Source: Bacteroidaceae bacterium (GTDB lineage Bacteria > Bacteroidota > Bacteroidia > Bacteroidales > Bacteroidaceae). Taken from it: a stretch of 64,000 nucleotides of DNA. The translations under genes and the position numbers were made by a program. The stretch lies in NCBI GenBank assembly GCA_045126595.1, contig JBGVOS010000040.1, forward strand, positions 2,467-66,466, read 5' to 3'. Position 1 is the stretch's first letter. Every line of letters begins with the position of its first letter. A model generated the notes under the pieces. The model had not been told where the DNA came from and did not search any database. It saw only the letters and a program-made list of their open reading frames with translations. Of this stretch, positions 30,001 through 38,403 are shown piece after piece.

Positions 30001-30893
30001 GTTTCATTCAAAGCCTCAATCTCGGCCAAAGCACCGGCTGCATCCAAAAGACCGTCATCATACTTCTCCTGAGCCGCATCGGCTGCATCAATCAGTTCAT
30101 CAGCACCATACTCATCAGCTTTTGCGAAAATATCATCAATCTTCAAGATAAGCTGTTCGTAGGCCTCAACACAGACAGTGGCATCAGCCTTCTGCTGCTT
30201 CATTTTTGTCCACAGAGTATTAGCAGCAGCGAAATCGGTCACTGTCTCAATGACCGCGATAGAAGCCTCAATCTCCACCTTCAGTGCTGCCGACATGAAG
30301 TTATCTGTCAAAGCAGTAAGGTCCTCGGCCAAGAGTGCCATCTCATCTTTAGCCCACATAGTCTTGGCAGCATCTTCGGTGTCAGCAATATACTGCATAA
30401 CGCGAACATTGTCCCACGCAGCCCAGTTAACGTTTCCAGACTTGATGCGATAACCGATAGTCAGCGTCCCATTGGTAACGACTGTAGCTACAGCATATTC
30501 CGTAGGAGGATTGGTGTTGGTTGTTGTTACAGCAACCTCATCTGCATTTGCATAGATTACCACACCCGAGGGCACAACAGTACCGTCGCTCTGCTTCACC
30601 GCGTGGGCCAAAGCCTTAACGGCATAAACTCCGTTGGGAACCTCAATGGTTTGTGACCATTCAAGGTCGCTAAGGTTCTGGTCAGAACTAATCCAGTTCT
30701 CCATAAAACTGGTTGCATTGTAACCGTAGCTCGCTGCAGTGGCAGCAATCTTCACGCCACCAGTGGTAGTCCAACCGTCGGTACCACTCTCAAAGTCAGG
30801 ATTGACCAACAGACTTGTAACGTCCGTGCCATACTGAGCTTTCACCACCAGAGCCATCAGAAGGCTCATTGCCAATAAAGTAATTTTCTTCAT
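27087..30893 (-). CDS. Large secreted T9SS cargo protein with four CBM-like beta-sandwich modules separated by helical linkers
   Basis: Signal peptide MKKITLLAMSLLMALVVKAQ. The C-terminus ...GIYDLFGRRIEAVTAPGIYIVNGKKVLVK is a type-A Por/T9SS sorting domain. Four internal modules share the NP.[FI]E..GW, [IVL]P[ND]G.Y and GTL.IG motifs. Confidence 0.85.
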   Translation of the reverse strand: MKKITLLAMSLLMALVVKAQYGTDVTSLLVNPDFESGTDGWTTTGGVKIAATAASYGYNATSFMENWISSDQNLSDLEWSQTIEVPNGVYAVKALAHAVKQSDGTVVPSGVVIYANADEVAVTTTNTNPPTEYAVATVVTNGTLTIGYRIKSGNVNWAAWDNVRVMQYIADTEDAAKTMWAKDEMALLAEDLTALTDNFMSAALKVEIEASIAVIETVTDFAAANTLWTKMKQQKADATVCVEAYEQLILKIDDIFAKADEYGADELIDAADAAQEKYDDGLLDAAGALAEIEALNETLFEYQMSIATGDIAFDVTEKYMTNPTLRKNSDGWQGSKPGLEYEVMEFYDCDFDMYQEFTGIPNGKYVVMVQGFYREAGNDSGNAYAAGTENITAKLYANNASTPLLSLYKYTASEMGVTNNQVLNGYVNMRVSTNEAFNSFNSLEDANYYTENKLEVIVFDGTLKIGLVNTNHRGASWCTFRDFKLYYYGNFPSVNLAGKIASVRDYIAKNGDKIPYAAWMKVDEFLYEYEAYAEEDAFSDEEVDAVIIALDSLWNETLDAVDLFAELKTQVNYMKNDLIPLDFDGKEALWDLIEEAETYFDPECEENTYEALQELKVKLDAGVKEYYMSQKATPEIAADYTVFVPNPNFEQKGEWTWSVVGGGTDQWNGGCRPAEEGGANRQGVNLWGWGITSVDVHQTLTGLPNGLYKVSAEMITQTNYATDQHVYAAGANTATSDFLTAEGWDSYEWTTLTTNDFAVVVDGTLTIGAASSKGGSNSEAWFQATNFKLYYHGPASEEHLKAAWQSVKTKATEGVAIMLPSEKTELNAALQQATPVAEAGNYAEACAVVNPVLSAWAEVITATENFYDGYYGRLDTLRNRDGYEECVDVFKFSDAVVALADVILASDTTTHNAFSAMNSQLQAYASYAAALRDAELIIKDTAEPIEAKYVEYFTSEIVMPQVEVLLASLCTVEYTNDATSELQSKLEALKQSNNMNREVEEGNVTYLITNPTIETVEGEDLAGWTILKNNAQNCGTNNNEHYSNVGGVTNAYLDAWHPNAGTMNATFYQELIGIPDGTYKLIVAARTDGSGAYIFAAPSKHVDYETTRTLEVKNYGAWRGEIWTEDSLAWEAADRPTAEEVELIEEYPYFMARPDAETGLGTGYGWSWHVIDNIEVTGHYLKIGFSADKALHGKDQFNGTWMGADDWKLELIKKNEVQSEFNPFTTDIEDVKVEAPAMQGIYDLFGRRIEAVTAPGIYIVNGKKVLVK

Positions 30894-31019
30894 GGTTTTG
30901 TGTGTTTAGTTGTTAATAATAAGTTGGTTATTTAATATTTATTGTATTGTCTGTGTGTTTGGTTATTTTACTGAAATAACCAAACTATTCCTAGGAATAG
31001 TTTGGTTACAATTATTATT

Positions 31020-31265
31020 TTAATCTCTGCGTCCCATATAAATCATTACATAATATACCAAGGTTGCCAACGAGCTGAGGGCAGCCACCACGTAGGTGTA
31101 GGCTGCCGAGCGCAGAGCGCTCTCGGCATCGCGATGGGTATAGTGCGTAGTGATGCCGGCACGATCGAGCCATGCGAGGGCACGCTTGCTGGCGTTAATC
31201 TCCACAGGCAGGGTGATGAAGCTGAACAGAGAGATTCCTATAAATATAATCCAAATCAGGCTCAT
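31020..31265 (-). CDS. Possible small two-helix membrane protein
   Basis: 81-aa ORF with hydrophobic N- and C-terminal helices, co-oriented immediately downstream of purA. No family recognised; the call is weak. Confidence 0.4.
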   Translation of the reverse strand: MSLIWIIFIGISLFSFITLPVEINASKRALAWLDRAGITTHYTHRDAESALRSAAYTYVVAALSSLATLVYYVMIYMGRRD

Positions 31266-31359
31266 TGTTTCTTTATTTCCTATATATTACAACGATTTCT
31301 CTTCGTCTAATGTTTCGCTTCAGCAACTACCGAGGCATCCCGCGCTAACTACCGCGCTA

Positions 31360-32628
31360 TCAGTCGTTATAACGCTCGATGGTCTGATCGCGGTCGGGGC
31401 CTACAGAAACAATCTTGATGGGCACCTCCAACTCTTCTTCGAGGAACGAGAGATAGTTATTGAACTCCTCGGGGAACTCGTCCTCTGAGGTCATCTTCGT
31501 CATATCGCACTGCCAGCCGGGAAGCTCTGCATATACGGGTTCTACCTCGCCTTCGATTGAGTAGGGGAACTCCTCGGTCTCCACGCCATTGATGCGGTAG
31601 GCTACACAGGCCTTGATGGTCTCGAAGGTATCGAGCACGTCGCTCTTCATCATGATGAGGTGAGTAACGCCATTGACCATAATAGAATACTTCAATGCTA
31701 CGAGGTCAATCCATCCGCAACGACGCTTACGGCCAGTAACGGAGCCGAACTCGTGACCGAGGGTACAGAGCTTGTCGCCTGTCTCGTCGAACAGCTCGGT
31801 GGGGAAAGGACCGCTACCTACACGTGTACAGTAGGCCTTCATGATACCGTATACGTTGCCCACCTTGTTGGGGGCTACGCCGAGACCCGAACAAGCACCG
31901 GCACAGATGGTGTTTGAAGAGGTCACGAAGGGATATGAGCCGAAGTCGATGTCGAGCATGGTGCCCTGTGCACCTTCGCAGAGGACGCTCTTCTCGGCCT
32001 TGAGGAGTTTGTTAATCTCGTGCTCGCTGTCCACCAAGGGGAACTGACGGAGATAGTCGATACCAGCCAGCCACTCCTTCTCAATCTCGGTGATGTCGTA
32101 CTCGAAGTTCATGCTCTTCAAGATTTCCTCGTGGCGTGCCTTGGCCTTGGCATACACCTCGTCGAAGTTCTCGAGGATGTCACCTACGCGCAGACCGTTG
32201 CGGCTCACCTTGTCGGTATAGGTAGGGCCGATACCCTTACCTGTGGTACCAACCTTGGCATCGCCCTTAGCTGCCTCGTAAGCGGCGTCGAGCACACGGT
32301 GGGTAGGCATGATGAGGTGTGCCTTCTTGGAGATATGGAGACGCTCCTTCAAGGGGTGGCCCGAAGCCTCGAGTGCCTCGGCCTCAGCCTTAAACAATGC
32401 GGGGTCGAGCACTACACCGTTACCAATGATATTCACCTTGTCGCCCTGGAAGATACCGGAAGGGATTGAGCGAAGCACATACTTCTGTCCCTCGAACTCA
32501 AGGGTGTGACCCGCATTGGGACCGCCCTGGAAACGGGCTACCACATCGTAGCGCGGAGTAAGCACATCCACTACCTTACCTTTACCTTCATCGCCCCACT
32601 GGAGGCCTAACAATACATCTACTTTCAT
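31360..32628 (-). CDS. purA: Adenylosuccinate synthase
   Basis: 422-aa ORF with LGLQWGDEGKGKVVD (P-loop) and GTTGKGIGP motifs. Confidence 0.96.
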   Translation of the reverse strand: MKVDVLLGLQWGDEGKGKVVDVLTPRYDVVARFQGGPNAGHTLEFEGQKYVLRSIPSGIFQGDKVNIIGNGVVLDPALFKAEAEALEASGHPLKERLHISKKAHLIMPTHRVLDAAYEAAKGDAKVGTTGKGIGPTYTDKVSRNGLRVGDILENFDEVYAKAKARHEEILKSMNFEYDITEIEKEWLAGIDYLRQFPLVDSEHEINKLLKAEKSVLCEGAQGTMLDIDFGSYPFVTSSNTICAGACSGLGVAPNKVGNVYGIMKAYCTRVGSGPFPTELFDETGDKLCTLGHEFGSVTGRKRRCGWIDLVALKYSIMVNGVTHLIMMKSDVLDTFETIKACVAYRINGVETEEFPYSIEGEVEPVYAELPGWQCDMTKMTSEDEFPEEFNNYLSFLEEELEVPIKIVSVGPDRDQTIERYND

Positions 32629-32635
32629 GATTATG

Positions 32636-33142
32636 TTATTTATCGTTTTTTTGTTCTTTCAACAGTTCTTTCAACTTACGTTCTTTGGCCTCCTTGCGGC
32701 GCTTGGCAGCCATGCACTTGGAGCAAGTGCCATACATGTACAACGAAGTATGCGCAATGGAGAATCCCTTACTATGGGCGTTCTCAATGACCTGACGCAA
32801 CTTCTCGTCGCGCACCTCGGTCACACTGCCACACGACATACAGATACGATGAAAGTGAGTAGTCATATTGAATGACTTCTCATACTGCGAACTGTTGTCA
32901 AACTTGTGGCGGATTACCAGATGGGCGTCAGTGAGCAGCTCCATGGTATTGTAGAGCGTGGCACGGCTCACATGGAACTTGCTGGCATTCATGATGTCAA
33001 GCAGCTCTTCCATTGTGAAATGGCCCTCTATGGAGTAGATAGTGTCAAGGATAGCAAAACGCTCTTGCGTCTTGCGAAGTCCTTTGTTTTGCAGGTATTG
33101 TTCAAAGGTACTGCGAACGGTTTCCTTAACCTTATCTACCAT
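32636..33142 (-). CDS. fur: Fur family transcriptional repressor
   Basis: Starts MVDKVKETVRSTFEQYLQNKGLRKTQERFAILD (cat at 33140-33142). It has CxxC...CxxC metal sites (CMSCG, CSKC) and a Lys-rich C-terminal tail. Confidence 0.85.
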   Translation of the reverse strand: MVDKVKETVRSTFEQYLQNKGLRKTQERFAILDTIYSIEGHFTMEELLDIMNASKFHVSRATLYNTMELLTDAHLVIRHKFDNSSQYEKSFNMTTHFHRICMSCGSVTEVRDEKLRQVIENAHSKGFSIAHTSLYMYGTCSKCMAAKRRKEAKERKLKELLKEQKNDK

Positions 33143-33172
33143 AATAATGCACACTACACATAAAGTAGCAAG

Positions 33173-33180
33173 CAAAGATA
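33173..33180 (-). promoter_or_regulatory. -7 promoter box upstream of fur
   Basis: agCAAAGATAaa, 31 nt from the start. Confidence 0.5.
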
Positions 33181-33262
33181 AATATTATTATTGAAAAAAC
33201 TCAACAAATAGGGAATTATTTGTTGAGTTTAACGCATATTTAATCGGATGCAGACAATTCGT

Positions 33263-33724
33263 TCAGCGCACAGCCTCGACAATCTCATCGGGCACCTCGC
33301 TTACACGCACGAACTTTTGCACATCTGCGGGATCGTCCTTGGCTGTCCAGACCATCGACTCCTTATACAAGTCGGTGACAACATATTCGTGCGCCCATGC
33401 ACCCTGTTCATAGTCATATACGCCACTGACAATATCGCCCACTCGCCAGTCTTCCTCAACCTTGTAAGTACCGGTAGACAGCACGGAATACATAGAACCC
33501 GTATTCTGGTACATCTCGAACGTGAGCTTGCGGTCGAGCACAAGATATACATAAGTGCTGTCGGCAAGAGGAGCGCCGTTCCACTCCGAGAGCTGCCATG
33601 TACCTTCGAGGTTATAGGGATTGACCTTCAAGGCAGGCACTGTAGTGTCAATAGGGTCGTCACAGGCAGTAAACAGAGCTACTGCGAGTATCATCAGCAG
33701 GTTGGTTATCTTTTTCATATTCAT
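33263..33724 (-). CDS. Lipocalin-like lipoprotein
   Basis: Lipobox LFTAC at the N-terminus and a GTWQLSEW motif typical of small lipocalin-like Bacteroidetes lipoproteins. Confidence 0.6.
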   Translation of the reverse strand: MNMKKITNLLMILAVALFTACDDPIDTTVPALKVNPYNLEGTWQLSEWNGAPLADSTYVYLVLDRKLTFEMYQNTGSMYSVLSTGTYKVEEDWRVGDIVSGVYDYEQGAWAHEYVVTDLYKESMVWTAKDDPADVQKFVRVSEVPDEIVEAVR

Positions 33725-33725
33725 T

Positions 33726-34538
33726 CTATAATTCTTGTTTTGTTTTCTTCTCTATTATCAGTTGCAAGGTACGCTCTGATGGTTTACCACTCACTCCTTC
33801 GATGAGCAGCGAAGCGCGAATCGTACCGTCCTTTTTCGGCAGCTTGTCCACATCGATAGTGATGACCAAGTCAGCCTCTTCGCCCGGCGCAATCACAGCA
33901 GGTTCTGTATGGAACGTAACATAAGGCGGAAGCAGACGTGAGGAAAGGTGCAAAGGCCTGTCCCCGCTATTGGCACAGAGCACACGCATCGAGGGCTTTC
34001 CATGTGCAGGCAAGTCAGTAAAGTGCACCTCCTTACGCTTCACACGCAACGCCCCCATCGCATGGGGCAAGTGTCGCCACTCATCGGCATCCACCACCTC
34101 GCCATAGAGCGAGAGACGGGCCATAGGCTGGCGATCGTAGCCTTCGAGATAGACAAAAGCGTCCACATCGATCGTGCCCGGACGGTTCTTGGGGTTATAG
34201 GTAAGGGTTACCGCAACCTCTCCATTCGGAGCAATGGCCATGGTGTCAAACGCCGCGACGGTGCATCCGCATGTGGTACGTACCCGGCTGATGCGCTGCA
34301 CCATGTTGCTCATGTTGCGCAAGCGGAAGGTGCGGCTCACGGCAACATCGGTTTCCCTCATCTTGCCCAAGTCGTACGACACGTTGTCGGCACGCAATAT
34401 CTTGCTACCCTCAGCATGCAGCGTAGGATGCACGAGAGAGTCTATCTGTGCACGGGACAGATTGCGCACCGGCACTTGCGCACCGGCAACAGCCGAGGCC
34501 CATAGCACACAAGCCAATATGTAGACTCTACGATTCAC
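33726..34538 (-). CDS. DUF1573 domain-containing secreted protein
   Basis: Signal peptide plus FRLRN....I.RVRTTCGCT, the DUF1573 signature (CGC). Confidence 0.7.
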   Translation of the reverse strand: MNRRVYILACVLWASAVAGAQVPVRNLSRAQIDSLVHPTLHAEGSKILRADNVSYDLGKMRETDVAVSRTFRLRNMSNMVQRISRVRTTCGCTVAAFDTMAIAPNGEVAVTLTYNPKNRPGTIDVDAFVYLEGYDRQPMARLSLYGEVVDADEWRHLPHAMGALRVKRKEVHFTDLPAHGKPSMRVLCANSGDRPLHLSSRLLPPYVTFHTEPAVIAPGEEADLVITIDVDKLPKKDGTIRASLLIEGVSGKPSERTLQLIIEKKTKQEL

Positions 34539-34577
34539 CTATCAGTCAATATTGTATTACTTTTACTCCAATGCTTC

Positions 34578-34668
34578 TGTCATTTTGAGCGCAGCGAAAA
34601 ATCTCGTAGTGTGCGGTGAGAGTCACCAAGTCCCAGCGAGGGATCCTTCACTTCGTTCAGGATGACAC
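34578..34668. repeat. REP/MITE-like palindromic element
   Basis: tgtcattttgagcgcagcgaaaaatctcg ... cgagggatccttcacttcgttcaggatgaca, between the S8 peptidase and DUF1573 genes. Confidence 0.75.
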
Positions 34669-34694
34669 ACTCCCTGAACAATTTTATCAGCAAT

Positions 34695-36797
34695 TTACAT
34701 CCAACCATTGCCACCAGCCTTGCGTACGGTGATTGCAACGACATGCTTCGCTCCTCCATTAACGGTTATTGTAGCGATTGTCGTTCCGTTTGCAATGCCA
34801 GTAACGACCAATTGGGTATCATCCACAATCTTGACCGCAGCGACCTCAGTGGCAGCATGGGCAAGTCCTACGACATAGGTCAGGCTCTCGCCATTCACAA
34901 AGAACTTGGCGAGGTCAATTGTCTGCGTTTCACCCGGCGCTACCGTAACATTAGGTATGCGCATATCGCTTCCCGCGGGCTTGCCATTGGCATTAGGAGC
35001 AGAACCGTCAATCGCACGCAACAACGCACCGGCATCGATGAGCCTACCCATCTTACCACGATAGTCGTTGAGGTTCATCTGCACGGTAGAATATCCGGCC
35101 GAAGAATGGTTGTAGTGATAAATCTTGGTTTGGTTTGTATACCTGCTATCCAGGTCACGGGCGGTCGACTTCATCAGTTCGACAAACTCCTCTGCCTTGA
35201 AGTGGCGACGTAACTTGACCGCATACGACAGGCCGAGCGCTGCCACGCCCGACACGTGGGGACAGCTCATCGAAGTGCCTTCATAGTATCCATAAGCCTC
35301 TTTTCCGTTGACTACAAGCGTAGAAAGGATGCCGCCATTGGGTTTATCCATCTCCAGACCCTCATTATCCGTCAAGGGAACACCATAATACTCGGTATCC
35401 CCACCAGGAGCAGAGAAATCCACCTCCACGCCATAGTCCGTGTAGCACGCAGGAGTATAGTCCGCAGCAATAGCAGCAACGCTCAAACACTTCGAGTAGG
35501 CCGAGGGGAAAGCCGGCATAGCCGAATACTCATTGCCGGCAGCAAAGATGGCAATACCACCCTCGATGACTCCGTTGGGCGAACCGGCATTATGGATGAA
35601 GTAGTCGATAGCATCCTTCTCCAAGGGATAGAGACCACCCCACTCCTCTTCAGAAGCAGGGCCAGGAGTGAATCCCTGCATCATATTGGCCAACGAACTA
35701 TTGTAACCCCAGCTGCACTGGATGATGACCGCACCATTGTCGGCCGCGTACTTGATAGCACGCGCCTCCTGGGCAAGCGATACAGAGTACTGTCCGTCAA
35801 TAACCTGACACGACATGATGCGCACGCCAGTTCCCGGCTGTCCGTTACCGCCGGCAACACCACATACACCCTTACCATTGCCATTGACAGCCGCGATAGT
35901 ACCGGCCACGTGGGTTCCATGGCCCGTGTCGTAAGTCTCCGACCAGCAGATGATAGGCGTATTCTTCACAAAGTTGTATCCATAGCGGTCACCGGCATAA
36001 CCGTTTCCGTCAGCATCCTCCTTAGAGCCTAAGGTTTCGGCCTCATTCACCCACATATTGTCACGAAGGTCAGAGTGACTCCACATCACGCCCTCATCGA
36101 GCACAGCCACGATGATAGAAGGGTCGCCAGCCTCGGGATAGATACCCCAGGCCTCCTGACAGTTCACATCAGCACCCACCTCAATGGGGGCCCATTCCTG
36201 TGCAAAGTTCAAGGAATCCACGTAGCTTCCATAGTTGACATAACCCCACTGATAGGGCAGACCAGGGTCATTGAACTGTCCCGCTGCACTACGCGATGCC
36301 GCATTGAATCGCTCGCTGCTGAGAGTCACAGGCTTGCGAGAGGGCTTATCCACACGCTTCAGCGTCGTATTGCACTGGATCTTGGAGATTTCTCCCAACT
36401 GCTTGAGGCTGCTTACTGCCACCTTGAGGTCGGTTGTCTTGTCGAAACGCACGATATACCAGAGATGCATACCGTTGGCACGGGCACGCTCCTCATGACG
36501 CGGGTCTACGGGAAAGACACGCTCCAGTTCATAGCCTCCGAGAATGCGCAACACCTCATCCGTTGAGGGGATGCCGCTGCGAGTCATTGCAGGAGCCGCC
36601 TCCTCGGCCATCTGGTCAAGGATATCAGTCATCTCAGGTACAAATTTGATAAGCAACTCACCCTCAGCCGCATCTTCAGGAATGAAGATGTCAGTAGTTC
36701 CCGTCTCTATTCCACCGCCCTGCACTGGCAACTCCATGTCATTACAAGCGGTAACAAACAGCCCTATAAAGAGGGCATATATCCAATATTTTCTCAT
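34695..36797 (-). CDS. S8 (subtilisin-like) serine peptidase lipoprotein with C-terminal Ig-like domain
   Basis: Lipobox FVTAC. The catalytic triad motifs are VAVLDEGV (Asp), HGTHVAGTIAA (His) and GTSMSCPHVSGVAAL (Ser). The C-terminal ~90 aa resemble a Big_2 domain. Confidence 0.9.
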   Translation of the reverse strand: MRKYWIYALFIGLFVTACNDMELPVQGGGIETGTTDIFIPEDAAEGELLIKFVPEMTDILDQMAEEAAPAMTRSGIPSTDEVLRILGGYELERVFPVDPRHEERARANGMHLWYIVRFDKTTDLKVAVSSLKQLGEISKIQCNTTLKRVDKPSRKPVTLSSERFNAASRSAAGQFNDPGLPYQWGYVNYGSYVDSLNFAQEWAPIEVGADVNCQEAWGIYPEAGDPSIIVAVLDEGVMWSHSDLRDNMWVNEAETLGSKEDADGNGYAGDRYGYNFVKNTPIICWSETYDTGHGTHVAGTIAAVNGNGKGVCGVAGGNGQPGTGVRIMSCQVIDGQYSVSLAQEARAIKYAADNGAVIIQCSWGYNSSLANMMQGFTPGPASEEEWGGLYPLEKDAIDYFIHNAGSPNGVIEGGIAIFAAGNEYSAMPAFPSAYSKCLSVAAIAADYTPACYTDYGVEVDFSAPGGDTEYYGVPLTDNEGLEMDKPNGGILSTLVVNGKEAYGYYEGTSMSCPHVSGVAALGLSYAVKLRRHFKAEEFVELMKSTARDLDSRYTNQTKIYHYNHSSAGYSTVQMNLNDYRGKMGRLIDAGALLRAIDGSAPNANGKPAGSDMRIPNVTVAPGETQTIDLAKFFVNGESLTYVVGLAHAATEVAAVKIVDDTQLVVTGIANGTTIATITVNGGAKHVVAITVRKAGGNGWM

Positions 36798-36849
36798 ACG
36801 CTATTATAGTTCTCTATTTCGTAAAACCCTAAAAAAATCAAACAATCTG

Positions 36850-36857
36850 CAAAGATA
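36850..36857 (-). promoter_or_regulatory. -7 promoter box upstream of the S8 peptidase gene
   Basis: ctgCAAAGATAcg, 53 nt from the start. Confidence 0.5.
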
Positions 36858-37024
36858 CGAAAAACGAGCGAATAAATAGAATATCAATGAGGGAAAATTC
36901 ATTTTCACACATTGATAGTCATTTATTCCCAGCGAGCGACGAGTATCTTCATGTGCTAACATAAAGATACGAAAAAGCGAGCAGATCAATCAGATGTCAA
37001 TGCAAGAGACTTAACCATACAACA

Positions 37025-37054
37025 AGAGGGCGCACCGGTTTCGATGCGCCCTCT
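37025..37054 (-). terminator. Hairpin downstream of ompA-family gene
   Basis: agagggcgca-10 nt-tgcgccctct, a 10-bp perfect stem 24 nt after the stop. Confidence 0.6.
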
Positions 37055-37077
37055 TTCTATAGTTCTTGGTTTATCTC

Positions 37078-38316
37078 TTAGAAATCACCGCGAGTGATTA
37101 CCGCACGGCTCAGCGCAGGATCATCGTAGAACATATTCTCTACGCCGCCCTTATACTCTACGCGGAGCTGTTCAGGATTAACTCCGAACTCCTTCACGAG
37201 ACAGTTGTAAACAGCCTCAGCACGCTCCTTACTCAAGCGGTCGTTGATGGTCTTGTTACCTGTAGCCGCATCAGCATAACCAGTGATAGTGTATACCACA
37301 CTTGAATCACACTGCTTGATAACCTCAGCCAACAGACCCAAGTTAGCACGAGCCTCCTTAGAGAGATTGCTCTTATTGATCTTGAAGGTAACGAGGTTAG
37401 GAGCAACAACGGCAAGCTTCTTCGCAGCAGCGGCAGCCTTCTCTTCGTTGCAATCCTCGAGAGCCTTCTGCAGTGCCTCATTGTCACGGCTCAGCTGATC
37501 CATCTGCTCACGCAATGCGTTGATTGCACGGTTGTCGTAACGTACGATGGTCTTGCTACGATCCCATGTGTTGCCACCAATCTTCCATACCAAGTTGGCT
37601 GTTGCTGAGAGCAAGCCCTCGCCATAGCGACCACCATCCTCGCCATCAAAACGGTCCTGTACATAACCACCGCGAATATCGATGTTCAAATCCAGGAGAC
37701 GGTTCAAGCGGAACTGGTTGATCAAACCAATGTTTGCACTCACCTCACGGCCAGGAGTGAGCCCAGTCTGCAATCTGTCCGCATCCTCCAATACCGTAGC
37801 CCAACCAAGGCCAAAATAAGGAATGATGTTATACACACGCTCCTCTTTGAAGCCACAGCAAAGGTTGGTCATGTTAAGCATGACATCTACATGCAAGTTC
37901 ATGTAGTTAAACTCTTGGTAGCTCAAATAATAACCTGCATAGGGCTTCTCTTCAATCAACTCGCCAGTCGAATAAGCACCCTGTGTAGCACCTTTAATGG
38001 TCAGTCCGCTAAACATACCACGGACACCAATACCTGGCGTAAACCACTTACCCACTGCTACATCAAATGCGGGGCTGATACGGTTCTTCCACAGCAACTG
38101 ACGATTGTGGTCTCCGAAATAGGTTTGCGCACCACCGCCGATGCTCAAGAACCAGTTCTTCCAGAAGCTATTGGTTTGCACGCTATAGCCCTTCGAGTCG
38201 TTATAGTATACCTCATCGGTAAAATCCTCGGGAGCAGCTCCTGTTGTTGTGATATCGTCAGCAAACGCCGCCATACCCATTACCGCCAAAGCGGCTGTCA
38301 ATAAATACTTTTTCAT
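37078..38316 (-). CDS. OmpA family outer-membrane protein
   Basis: Signal peptide, a beta-barrel-like N-half, a coiled linker and a C-terminal OmpA peptidoglycan-binding domain (ITGYADAATG....N..LS..RA..V). Confidence 0.88.
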   Translation of the reverse strand: MKKYLLTAALAVMGMAAFADDITTTGAAPEDFTDEVYYNDSKGYSVQTNSFWKNWFLSIGGGAQTYFGDHNRQLLWKNRISPAFDVAVGKWFTPGIGVRGMFSGLTIKGATQGAYSTGELIEEKPYAGYYLSYQEFNYMNLHVDVMLNMTNLCCGFKEERVYNIIPYFGLGWATVLEDADRLQTGLTPGREVSANIGLINQFRLNRLLDLNIDIRGGYVQDRFDGEDGGRYGEGLLSATANLVWKIGGNTWDRSKTIVRYDNRAINALREQMDQLSRDNEALQKALEDCNEEKAAAAAKKLAVVAPNLVTFKINKSNLSKEARANLGLLAEVIKQCDSSVVYTITGYADAATGNKTINDRLSKERAEAVYNCLVKEFGVNPEQLRVEYKGGVENMFYDDPALSRAVITRGDF

Positions 38317-38356
38317 ATTCTACGTTTTATTATGTTTCTTGTTAATAAATTCGGTG

Positions 38357-38364
38357 CAAAGATA
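38357..38364 (-). promoter_or_regulatory. -7 promoter box upstream of ompA-family gene
   Basis: gtgCAAAGATAag, 41 nt from the start. Confidence 0.55.
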
Positions 38365-38403
38365 AGTTATTGAAATGTAAAAAAGATGTTTTCGGTCTAT
38401 TTT

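Noticed and set aside
31002-31310. 102-aa plus-strand ORF overlapping the small membrane-protein ORF
   Set aside because: The minus-strand 81-aa ORF is co-oriented with purA and has two clear hydrophobic helices. The plus-strand frame is Gly/Arg/His-rich shadow sequence. Both remain low confidence.
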